From positions 612-64,611 of the IMG/VR virus record IMGVR_UViG_3300021440_000021: 64,000 nucleotides of DNA. One strand, 5' to 3'. The stretch is from a virus (lineage: Duplodnaviria > Caudoviricetes). Shown here piece by piece: positions 48,619-58,211 of the stretch. Every line of letters begins with the position of its first letter. Position 1 is the first letter of the stretch. Position numbers and translations under genes: made by a program. A model generated the notes under the pieces. That model was not told the origin of the DNA. It saw only the letters and a list, made by a program, of their open reading frames with translations, and made no database searches.

Positions 48619-49231
48619 GAAAGTTTTGATCGTAGGACTTCAAGACCACAATATGACCCGTATGTTTTTTGCAAACGGGTGGGAAGTTACTTATGACACA
48701 CTTGATCCTGATATTAGCCTCATTCAGTTCACTGGTGGGTCTGATGTTGACCCTTCTTACTATTAACAACAGAAGCATCCAGCCACACAATCTAACCCAG
48801 AGAGAGACGCAAGAGAGGCTCAAATCTATCTTGAATATGTCAACAAGCTACCTATGGCTGGTATTTGTCGTGGTGGCCAATTTTTAAATGTCATGAATGG
48901 TGGTTCTATGTGGCAACATGTCAATAACCACATTGGCAATCATATGGCTTTTGAAGTTCTCACCCAGAAAGAAATTATTGTCACATCTACACACCATCAA
49001 ATGATGGTTCCTACAGATGAGGCATTAGTTCTTATGACTGCTAGTAGGGCTACAGTGAGGCAAGGTGGGGGTAAGGCAGAACTTCTTGGGGAACGAGATG
49101 ATGATGTTGAAGCTATCTATTACCCAAAGACAGAATGCCTTTGCTTCCAACCACATCCAGAATACTTTCAACCTAATCACCCATGTCAAACGACATATTT
49201 TGATTATCTAAACACTTTCTTTGGTCTATAA
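48611..49231 (+). pseudogene. class I glutamine amidotransferase/peptidase C26, interrupted by in-frame TAA at 48764-48766
   Basis: FTGGSDVDPSYY*QQKHP...GICRGGQFLN...STHHQ...FQPHPE in one reading frame. Confidence 0.8.
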
Positions 49232-49242
49232 GGAGAACTAAT

Positions 49243-50625
49243 TTGTGCGGACTTGTTGGTGTAATGTCTAGACTTGTCTCGGAAGATGCTAAGAAAGCCT
49301 TCCATGACATGCTCTACCTTGATGTTCTTCGTGGAGAGGATAGCACTGGTGTAGCAGCTATCTCTAATTTACAATCTGATAAAATGGAAGTGGAGATGTT
49401 CAAATCTGTTGGCTCTACCACAGATTTGTTTGACAAGCATTCTAAGAACAAGAAATTTCGATCCCTTACCTATAAACCCGTGAGTATCTACATCGGGCAT
49501 AATAGGTTTGCTACACAAGGGGCAATCAACGAGGAAAGTGCTCATCCTTTTGAGTTTGAGAATGTTGTTGGAGCACACAATGGGACAGTCAATCAACATT
49601 CTATGAAAGATTTCAATGGGTATAAAGAACATAACATTGACTCCAAGATCATCTTTTCTCATCTATCTCACACCAGAGATATTAACACTATTTGGAAAGA
49701 TGCTGATGGTGCAATGGCTCTTGTTTATTTTGATAAGAACAACCATACACTAAATTTAATTCGTAATAAAGAACGTCCTCTTCACTTTGTCTACTCTAAA
49801 GATGATAAAACCTTGATGTGGGCATCTGAGTCTTGGATGTTGTGGGTTGCTGCTGGTCGTCAGAACATTGATCTTAATGATATTGTGGCTGTCAAACCCA
49901 ACACTCTTTATACCTTTGAACTTACGAAAGAGGGGAAGGTTCAACATACTGAAACTGATGTAGCCCCTTTTACCCCAAAGCCCGTTCAGCATTTCCTCCC
50001 AAATTATTCTCAGCGTTCATCAAATTACTACGATGACTGGATGGAAGATTATGGTGGGGCAACTTACAATAAGCCTGCTGAAAAGAAAGAAAAGAACCAC
50101 AGTAATTGTGCTGTAATTGTTACAGAGTTTCATGACAATCCCCGTGCCCCTCTGGCTATGGGTTTCTTGTCTGATGGCTCGCCAGTGAAAATTAACATTA
50201 GTTTGGCTAAATATTTAGAAGCCAAGCAAAGGGTTGAAGCAAAAGATGGGCAATGGTATTTCATTGTTCCAAAAGTCTATCGAACCTCAATCATCCACAC
50301 CAACAATGATGCCCCATATTGGTGTCATTGGGCTGATTGTCGTGTAGCTAAACTCAAACCTCATATGCAGATTGTCCGTCTTCCTAATAAGGGGTTTGTG
50401 TTTAAGTCCAAACAAGGGGTTAAAACAGCTTTTGCCCCTTGGTATGACGAAAAACTTTGCCTGACTGAAAATCGTTATAATGCCATCACAGATTGTGGTT
50501 GTTATAATTGTAAAGAACGTCCGGTTTGGGCAGATAGAGAATCCCTACACTGGATTGATGCAGAGACATTCTTCTGCGATAGTTGTTTTGAACTTAACGA
50601 TGTAAAAGCTGCGATTGCAAAATAA
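49243..50625 (+). CDS. class II (Ntn) glutamine amidotransferase
   Basis: N-terminal MCGLVG, RGEDSTG, GHNRFAT, AHPF, HNGT, RNKERPL; C-terminal Cys motifs. Confidence 0.9.
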   Translation: MCGLVGVMSRLVSEDAKKAFHDMLYLDVLRGEDSTGVAAISNLQSDKMEVEMFKSVGSTTDLFDKHSKNKKFRSLTYKPVSIYIGHNRFATQGAINEESAHPFEFENVVGAHNGTVNQHSMKDFNGYKEHNIDSKIIFSHLSHTRDINTIWKDADGAMALVYFDKNNHTLNLIRNKERPLHFVYSKDDKTLMWASESWMLWVAAGRQNIDLNDIVAVKPNTLYTFELTKEGKVQHTETDVAPFTPKPVQHFLPNYSQRSSNYYDDWMEDYGGATYNKPAEKKEKNHSNCAVIVTEFHDNPRAPLAMGFLSDGSPVKINISLAKYLEAKQRVEAKDGQWYFIVPKVYRTSIIHTNNDAPYWCHWADCRVAKLKPHMQIVRLPNKGFVFKSKQGVKTAFAPWYDEKLCLTENRYNAITDCGCYNCKERPVWADRESLHWIDAETFFCDSCFELNDVKAAIAK

Positions 50626-50635
50626 GGAGAGAATT

Positions 50636-51571
50636 ATGAAAATCAATGGTTATGACTTTAAAATTGGTGCTGATCCTGAGTTCTTTGTTAAACGCTTTGG
50701 GAAACTTCAAAGTGCATACAATCTTATCCCCGGAACAAAAGAGGCCCCTTACAAAGTGAGGGGTGGGGCAGTTCAGGTTGATGGCATGGCTCTGGAATTT
50801 AACATTGATCCTGCCGAGAATTACACCCAGTTTGAAGATAATATGAGTGTTGTCCTCGCTCAAATCACTTCAATGATCCCCGGCTATGAATTGTTTGTTG
50901 AGCCTGTTGCCGATTTTGGTTTGGACTACATTCGCAAGCAACCGAAGGAAGCCTCTGAACTTGGATGTTCTCCTGATTTCAATGCTTATACCAAAGAAGC
51001 TAACCCACGTCCTGATGCTGACACCCCCTTCCGTACGGCATCTGGACACATTCACATTGGTTGGACCAATGGTGTAGATATTAATGATCCGGGTCACTTG
51101 GAAGCTTGCCGCACACTTACCAAAATGCTTGATCTTTATGTTGGTGCCCCCTCTCTTGTGTGGGATAATGATGATCGTCGTCGTTCTCTTTATGGTGCGG
51201 CAGGTGCCTTCCGTCCCAAGCACTATGGTATGGAATATCGTGTGCTTTCTAACAAGTGGATTAACAATCCGCTTCTTCGTAAGACGGTGTATTACAACAC
51301 CATTGATGCAATCAAAAAGGCTTTTGACAATCCCGCAGCTTCTGAGGAACTTTTCTATGGGGCCTCTGTTCGTGACATCGTAAATAAAAAGGCAGATAAT
51401 TGGATGTCTGCTCTTGCTTATATCTTTGATTATGCTGGTGTTACTAGCCCTAAGAAACGCCGCGAACAAACCGAGATTAAAATTGACCCCAACACCCTTG
51501 TCTATGCTGTGGGTGGTGGTGGCGGAGGAGGTGGCATCCGAGCCGCTGCTGGTGGGGCAGGGGCTGCTTAA
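50636..51571 (+). CDS. COOH-NH2 ligase type 2 (phiEco32-like)
   Basis: IGADPEFF, LEFNIDPA, LGCSPDFNAY, RTASGHIHIG, YGAAGAFRPKHYGMEYRVLSN. Confidence 0.9.
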   Translation: MKINGYDFKIGADPEFFVKRFGKLQSAYNLIPGTKEAPYKVRGGAVQVDGMALEFNIDPAENYTQFEDNMSVVLAQITSMIPGYELFVEPVADFGLDYIRKQPKEASELGCSPDFNAYTKEANPRPDADTPFRTASGHIHIGWTNGVDINDPGHLEACRTLTKMLDLYVGAPSLVWDNDDRRRSLYGAAGAFRPKHYGMEYRVLSNKWINNPLLRKTVYYNTIDAIKKAFDNPAASEELFYGASVRDIVNKKADNWMSALAYIFDYAGVTSPKKRREQTEIKIDPNTLVYAVGGGGGGGGIRAAAGGAGAA

Positions 51572-51573
51572 TC

Positions 51574-52137
51574 ATGTATTTTGATGATATTGATTACGCA
51601 AATAAACGGTTGGGGGGAACTCTCGTTAGGACTAAAACGGGTGCCCCTTATATGGTAGCCAGTGTCTCTCAGATTGGAAGAGATATTGTTTGCATTGGCA
51701 ACTTTCTAGGCAACCCAAAAGCAGAAGGAATTAACCTCTCTGAGATCGACCTCACTCCTGTTTCTTTGGGGTTTTTTAATGTTGGCGAGAAAATGTTTTT
51801 TGCTTGTCGTCGTCCTATGCGGAAAGATTGGAAGCAAGGGTTGTCTCCGCAAAATCTTCTGATCTATGGTGGGAGACTTGGAGAAATTGGATTTGAGCCT
51901 CTTATCCAACCTATTACGAACAACTATCCGAGGGTGGGAGAAGCCCTCAGTTTCCTTAGTAAAAAAGATAAAGCCTCTAGAGCTTTTTCTAGAGATTTTG
52001 GATTAAGTAAACGAGATGGTAGACTTATTATCTGCTATCGTAAATACGATGTTGGAGAAGTTAAAAGTGGAGAGTTTGTTCTCTCCCCTGACAAATTCTT
52101 CCTCCAACAACATCTGTCTGAAGCAGTAGGAACCTGA
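51574..52137 (+). CDS. hypothetical protein in the ligase cluster
   Basis: LGFFN...RRPMRKDWKQGL...AFSRDF. Confidence 0.7.
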   Translation: MYFDDIDYANKRLGGTLVRTKTGAPYMVASVSQIGRDIVCIGNFLGNPKAEGINLSEIDLTPVSLGFFNVGEKMFFACRRPMRKDWKQGLSPQNLLIYGGRLGEIGFEPLIQPITNNYPRVGEALSFLSKKDKASRAFSRDFGLSKRDGRLIICYRKYDVGEVKSGEFVLSPDKFFLQQHLSEAVGT

Positions 52138-52138
52138 T

Positions 52139-52981
52139 ATGGAAATTAGAGACATTATCCCTTGTAAGAAAGAGACGGGCAACATTGGTGTTGAGATTGA
52201 GGTGGAAGCTGATAATCTTCCTCCGCGTGATCTTGTTGCCCGTTATTGGAAGGTGGATGCTGATGCCTCTCTTCGTGGTGAAAGCTGCGAGTTTGTATTG
52301 AAGAAGCCTCTGAATACTAGAGATTTGGATTTGGCTTTTGAAGAGCTGCAAGGAGCAATCAATTCTAGTGGGACACGTCTTCGCCCCACTTATCGTGCTG
52401 GCATCCACGTACACATTAATGTGCAAGACCTTTCCCCTAAACAACTAATCACTTTCATCTCTTCATATTTTATGTTGGAAGAAGTGCTCCTGTCATATTG
52501 CGACAAATCTCGTATTGGGAATCACTTCTGTCTTCGTATGACTGATGCAAGCTATACATTGGACATGATTACACAAGCTGTCTTGGATTCAAACCTCAAA
52601 CTTCTGGACACTGAAGACCTGCGCTATGCCAGCTTGAATATCACGAGCTTGTTCAAGTATGGTTCTATTGAGTTCCGTGCTTTAGAGTCCATGCTTGATT
52701 TCAAGAAGATTAAAATCTGGGCTGGTGTCTTGCAACATCTTAAAGAGTTTAGCAAGAAAATTACAAATCCCACAGATTTGTTGAATGAAGCCAGTGCCAG
52801 AGGCTTTGAGACCTTTGCTCGTGATCTCCTTGGCCCTTATTATGAGTTCTTTGGTCGTTATGCTACCGAGGAAAAAATTCGTGTTGGTATTAGAAATATT
52901 CAATATGCTGTTTATTCCCGTAATTGGAGCGAGGTTAATAGAAATATCTTTGATAAAAATATTAACCTTTTCACCTCTTGA
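52139..52981 (+). CDS. amidoligase (glutamine synthetase/GCS-fold)
   Basis: GVEIEVE, DASLRG..EFV, GIHVHIN, RYASLN, GSIEFR. Confidence 0.88.
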   Translation: MEIRDIIPCKKETGNIGVEIEVEADNLPPRDLVARYWKVDADASLRGESCEFVLKKPLNTRDLDLAFEELQGAINSSGTRLRPTYRAGIHVHINVQDLSPKQLITFISSYFMLEEVLLSYCDKSRIGNHFCLRMTDASYTLDMITQAVLDSNLKLLDTEDLRYASLNITSLFKYGSIEFRALESMLDFKKIKIWAGVLQHLKEFSKKITNPTDLLNEASARGFETFARDLLGPYYEFFGRYATEEKIRVGIRNIQYAVYSRNWSEVNRNIFDKNINLFTS

Positions 52982-53005
52982 CAAAGAGGATAATCCCACT
53001 ATATA
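52977..53005 (+). promoter_or_regulatory. promoter motif CTTGACAA-N15-TATATA upstream of the tagged-gene array
   Basis: TTGACA 52978-83, 16-nt spacer, TATATA. Confidence 0.6.
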
Positions 53006-53015
53006 GGAGATAAGG

Positions 53016-55443
53016 ATGTTTAAAGTTGGAGATAGAGTTTTACGGAAAAAAGAGCATCAAACAGATAGTTATTGGATAGATAATAAGTGGCGTATTGAGC
53101 TAGATTTGTGCGATTCAGCACAAGTTGTCGGTCTAAAAGATGAGTTAATTATGCTTAAACCAGCATTGGGGTGTTTCGAGAGAGGGTTTTCTGGGGAGAA
53201 GTTTGAGCTGTTTTACCACAAAAGTGTTACCTCTTTAGAAGAATATTTGTGAGGGGCTATGCTAGTAAGATTTAAACAACACCCAGAAAAATATATAAAT
53301 GACATCTACCTTGGTTGGTTTAAGAGGTTTAAGGTTAAGATTGATACAATCTTTGAAGTGGTTACAGATAATGGACATAGTTATTATTTAACCGCAATAA
53401 GGGGTGCGCCCCCTTTACCTAATGGTGGTTGTGTTACATTTGATAAAGATGTGTGTGAAGAATTACCGATGAAAAACATCACAAGTTTAGATGAATATAT
53501 GTAGGGGGTAAAATGGATCACAGAAAAGCAGCAGAGATTATTAAGTCTGAATGGTTTGACCATGAATGCTTTGAAAGTGCAAGGGAGGTGTTTGCAAATC
53601 CAGAGGATTTTGCTATTGAATGCCTTTCAAGCAGAGAAAATATTGACTATTTGACATGGGGAGATACTGAAGACTTACTAAATAGTGAAGGACTTTCTTA
53701 TCACTTTGAGGAGTATTACGTGGAAGTACCTAGTGACCTTCAAGAAGAAAAAAAGGTCAGAGATTTGTTACAACATCTACTCTTTGACAACAAGGTAACT
53801 AACTTGGAGAGATATATGTGATGAAAGCTGGAACTATTGTAGAAGTTATTGATAATCCTAGGTGGCGGCGAAACAAACCTTTTTTACAGTTTAAAAAGGG
53901 GGAAAAAGTGCAATACTATCTCGTTTATGTTGGAATGGGGAGGTATTTTGGAGTGGAATTAACCCCAGACGGACGTAAAAAATCTTACCAGTATAATTTT
54001 TGGTCTGATGAGATCATGGGTGTGGGACATAAGGAGGTTGATCTTGCAAGTTATCTTTAAAGATGGAAATAACCCCTATACAAATAAGATTTATCGTGAC
54101 TGGTTTTCAAGAATGGGATTAAGCCTTGATATGATTTGGGATGTTGAAAGAGGTGTTGGAAGCTATTACATAGTAAAACCTTCAGACAAAAACATTCTTT
54201 TAGGGACAACTTCAGGTACAGCAGAAGTTAAAAAAGAGCTTTTCCAAATTTATATGCCAATCACCTCTTTAGAACAATATTTGTGAGGAAAATGGACCAC
54301 AAAAAGATTGCAGATATTCTTAAGGCTAATTGGGCAAGTCATGATGCATTTAGGTTAACAAGGGGGTATTATAGATACCCCACAATTGAAAAATTTGCTC
54401 AAGATTGTCTTTCATGTCCGAAAAAACTTGATTACATGACTTGGGTAAAAGTACAATCTCTTGTAGAGGAAATTGCACCCAGTTTTTCTTCTTGGTGTCA
54501 TATTTATTATGGTGGGGGTGTGGGCACACAAGCAGACATAACTAAAATCTTAGTTTTGCTTTCTTCCAAAAAAGAAGTGACTAGCCTAGAGGAGTATATG
54601 TGATGGTTGATTTTCTTAAAGATGCTGCAAAGTTAAAAAATTATTGGAAGGATATTGGTTGTTATCGTAATACTAAAGATAACACACTTGAAGAATTTGC
54701 AATTAAATGTCTTAGAGATCATAGGTATGTGATAGAGGTCTTATGGTCCGATCTTTATTTTTATATAGATAATGAAGAGAGGAATTATAATTTTAATGCC
54801 TTCTATAACGGTGTTTTAGGTAGACAGGGAGCAACTAATGTTCAAAAACTTTTTGAGGCAGCTTTAGCTCGACCTGACATCACATCTCTTGAGGAATATA
54901 TGTAATGTTAAACTTCTTTGAAGACGCTAAAAGACTCATTGCAAATTGGGATAAGGTTAGTCCTTATAAAAGGTTTGGGTGTGAACAAGAAGCTGAAGAT
55001 AAAAATATAGCGATTTTTGCAAAAAAAGTTTTAGAAAACCCCAGAAAAATTATGGATGTTACGTGGGCTGATCTGAGAAATTCTCTTGATTACACTGATG
55101 ATGAGAATTATGACTTCAGCAATTTTTATAGAGAGTGTGATAAGACAAATAATGTTTTACATCTATTTCAGACAATTGCCAAATTAACTTCTAAAGAAGT
55201 TGTCAACTTAGAGGAATATATGTAATGTTTAAATTTTCTCCGGGAATGGTTGTTATAAGACAAAAACCTCATCGGATAGGCTTTTGGAAAGTGTCTGTGG
55301 GAGGAGACAATGTGGACAAACCTTTTGTCGTTAAAAGTTGTAACTATCAAAACTTATATCTTGAAGGGTCTTCTAGATGTTTTACCACAGACCTCTTTGA
55401 CTTAGTCCCTCCTAAAATCACCTCATTAGAAGGTTATATGTAA
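53016..55443 (+). other. tandem array of 9 small genes (53016, 53259, 53513, 53821, ~54044, 54292, 54603, 54905, 55225) sharing a C-terminal xxSLEEY(M/L)-like tag
   Basis: C-termini: VTSLEEYL, ITSLDEYM, VTNLERYM, EVDLASYL, ITSLEQYL, VTSLEEYM, ITSLEEYM, VVNLEEYM, ITSLEGYM. Confidence 0.85.
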
Positions 55444-55448
55444 AATAT

Positions 55449-57152
55449 ATGGGAATACAAATAGACGCACTACCACACAATTGTGGTACAAGACAAGGAC
55501 TTAAAGTCTTTGCACAAGAAGATGGCACAGTGGATGGGTATTGTTTTGCTTGTGCCACAAAAGTTAAACACCCTTATGGTGACGAAAGGAAGGTGGTAGA
55601 CCTACCTAAACCAAAAGAAAAATCTCAACGAGAGATTGATGCTGAAATTGCAGAGGTTGATGGTTTTCCTGTTGTTGATGTGGCCTCTCGAAAGCTTAGA
55701 GCAGAGCTTTTAGATAAGTTTCACGCAAAGGTTTCAATGTCAGAAGCTGATGGTGTTACACCTACAGCCATCTATTGGCCAGTAACAAAAGCTGGAAAGC
55801 TCTCTGGCTACCACGTAAAAGTTTTAGACAAAAGTTGCCCACCATTTAACATTGGAGATACCAGAGATGCTGATCTTCTCAATTGGAAAGAAGCACGAGA
55901 AAGTGGCGCATATAAACTCATCGTAACAGAAGGTCCAGAAGATATGGCCTCTGTCTCTCGTATCTATGAGATGTATGGAGATGAGGCATATAGACCTGCT
56001 GTTGTATCTCTTCCTCATGGGGCTGCCTCTGCAAAAAAGGTGTTGGGTAAACACGCAGAAGATATTAGACGTTTATTTAAAGAGGTTGTTCTTTGTTTTG
56101 ATAATGATGAAGCTGGTCAAACGGCTGTGAAGAAAGCAATGATTTCTCTTCCGTTTGCTAAGTCCGTCATTCTCCCGACTAAAGATGCTAACCAAGCTTT
56201 AATTGAGGGAAAAGCTAAGGCTGCCTATAACGCTCTCTCGTATCATGCTGAGACACCTAAGAATACAAGTTTGGTATTTGGAGAGTCTATTCATGAACGA
56301 GCGAGAGAGCCTGCTAAGTTTGGTCAACTGTCTTGGCCCTTCCCCAAAATGAACCGAGCCACTCGTGGTATTAGATTGGGAGAAACTGTTTATATTGGTA
56401 GCGGTGTGAAGATGGGAAAGAGTGAGCTTAGAAATTCTCTAGCTGCCCATTTCATGAAAGATCATGGGATTAAAATTTTCATGGCTTCTCCTGAAGAAGC
56501 CAACGCCAAAACTTATAAACTCCTTGCAGGAAAATTAGAAGGTAAAATCTTCCATGATCCAGAGCAAGAGTTTGATTACGAAGCTTACGACCGTGCCGGA
56601 GAGGTTCTAAAGTCTCAACTTGCCATGATCAATCTCTATCAACATATTGGTTGGGAATCTCTTCGTAAAGATATGGTGGCTGCTGCTGAATGGGGCGCAC
56701 AAGCTATGTTTATTGACCCCATTACCAACTTAACCAACGGCATTAATTCGGCAGAAGCTAACACAATGCTACAAGGTATTGCTCAAGATGTTTCTGCTCT
56801 TGCCCTTGATCTTAATATTGTTGTGTTTATGTTCTGCCATTTGAAAGCTCCTGAAGGTGGAATTAGTGCAGATCAACGAGCAGCTAAGTATAAACAAGGT
56901 AAGTATATTGGTTTAGGAAATTGCCCCCATGAAATGGGTGGTGATGTCAATTCCTCTCAATTTGCAGGGTCTAGAGCTATGATGAGATCAGCCAATCTTA
57001 TGATTGGCCTTGAAGGAAATAAAGACCCCGATCTTCCTGAAGATATTCGTAACATGCGAGTTCTTCGTATTCTTGAAGATAGAGAGTTTGGACTTAGTGA
57101 GAAATTTCCTTTATATTGGAATAGAACAAATGGACAATTTACAGAAATTTAA
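55449..57152 (+). CDS. primase-helicase (T7 gp4-like)
   Basis: zinc finger (PHNCG...YCFAC), TOPRIM (TEGPED, FDNDEAG, KDAN), GSGVKMGKS, FIDPIT. Confidence 0.92.
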   Translation: MGIQIDALPHNCGTRQGLKVFAQEDGTVDGYCFACATKVKHPYGDERKVVDLPKPKEKSQREIDAEIAEVDGFPVVDVASRKLRAELLDKFHAKVSMSEADGVTPTAIYWPVTKAGKLSGYHVKVLDKSCPPFNIGDTRDADLLNWKEARESGAYKLIVTEGPEDMASVSRIYEMYGDEAYRPAVVSLPHGAASAKKVLGKHAEDIRRLFKEVVLCFDNDEAGQTAVKKAMISLPFAKSVILPTKDANQALIEGKAKAAYNALSYHAETPKNTSLVFGESIHERAREPAKFGQLSWPFPKMNRATRGIRLGETVYIGSGVKMGKSELRNSLAAHFMKDHGIKIFMASPEEANAKTYKLLAGKLEGKIFHDPEQEFDYEAYDRAGEVLKSQLAMINLYQHIGWESLRKDMVAAAEWGAQAMFIDPITNLTNGINSAEANTMLQGIAQDVSALALDLNIVVFMFCHLKAPEGGISADQRAAKYKQGKYIGLGNCPHEMGGDVNSSQFAGSRAMMRSANLMIGLEGNKDPDLPEDIRNMRVLRILEDREFGLSEKFPLYWNRTNGQFTEI

Positions 57153-57606
57153 TAGAGAGCTTGAAGAATTTTTTGTTTGCAATCGACGACACTTGATCAA
57201 TAAAATCTACCCCTATATCAAAAGTTATGATGTAGCAGAAGAAATTGTTCAAGATGCTTTTTTGAAAGCAATCACCAATCCAGAAGCTCTTAATCTTAAA
57301 AGAGGAACCTTGAAAACATGGCTAAACTCTATTTTATTCTCTACTTTATGGGATTACAAACGAAAAGCACGAAAAGAACACGTCCTCTTCTCTAACGAAG
57401 AGCCGTTAGACATTGGGGAGCACATAGAAGAGAAGATGTCTAGCCTTCTGTGTGAAGTTGTAAATGTTTTTCATCGTCGCATCCTATCTCTTAAATTTGA
57501 ATACGGTTATTCGTATAAAGAGATTGCTGATCTGTTGAAAATCAACATTCATAACGTCAAGAAGATTGTGCAGAGATTTAAGAAAAGTTTTGTGTTGGAG
57601 GGATAG
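57130..57606 (+). CDS. ECF-type RNA polymerase sigma factor
   Basis: DVAEEIVQDAFLKA region 2, KTWL, GYSYKEIADLL region 4 HTH. Confidence 0.85.
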   Translation: MDNLQKFNRELEEFFVCNRRHLINKIYPYIKSYDVAEEIVQDAFLKAITNPEALNLKRGTLKTWLNSILFSTLWDYKRKARKEHVLFSNEEPLDIGEHIEEKMSSLLCEVVNVFHRRILSLKFEYGYSYKEIADLLKINIHNVKKIVQRFKKSFVLEG

Positions 57607-58211
57607 GTCGAAAATGAAGCATATTTATCACCAAGATGGATATAACCCAATGGAATCTTATATCCTTGAGTCTATGTCAATGGAGATAGTAGGAGAGCTT
57701 GATGCATATTACGCAGAATATGTACTAAAAGTTTTCAGTTTAAAAACTGGAAGGCATACCATCTTGTTAGCCACTTATGTTTCTGTTGAAAACGGAAAAC
57801 TTTACTTTAGTTGCCCGGAGAATTATTAAAAATGTCTGACTATTGGTATGAAAATAAAAACTCTCTTCGCCCTGAAATGATGTTCATTACAGATAGCAAC
57901 GAGGTTGTTAAATTAGATCGCAGTGTCCCCGGAGATGCAACAAAATGGTATGTTGCAGATATTACTTCTAGGGGATGGTCTTACTTTGATTCCACAATTG
58001 AAGCATCTGAATTAGCTTATAGGATTGAGTGATGAGAACGACGAAAGATTCTAGGGAATTAACTTGCTTATTTGTTGATGATTTGCCTGATGGTGGTTGT
58101 TTAGTTAGCACCCCTGATGGGGAAATGTCCACAAAAGATATGAATGGTGATAAACCATTTTACCTTAAGAATGGAAAAGAAATCTTTTATCCGGGATGGG
58201 CTGAGTGGTAA

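Noticed and set aside
53016-55443. CRISPR-like or integron-like DNA repeats between the small genes
   Set aside because: The recurring sequence is coding, varies at synonymous positions and is not palindromic; no cas or integrase gene is present.
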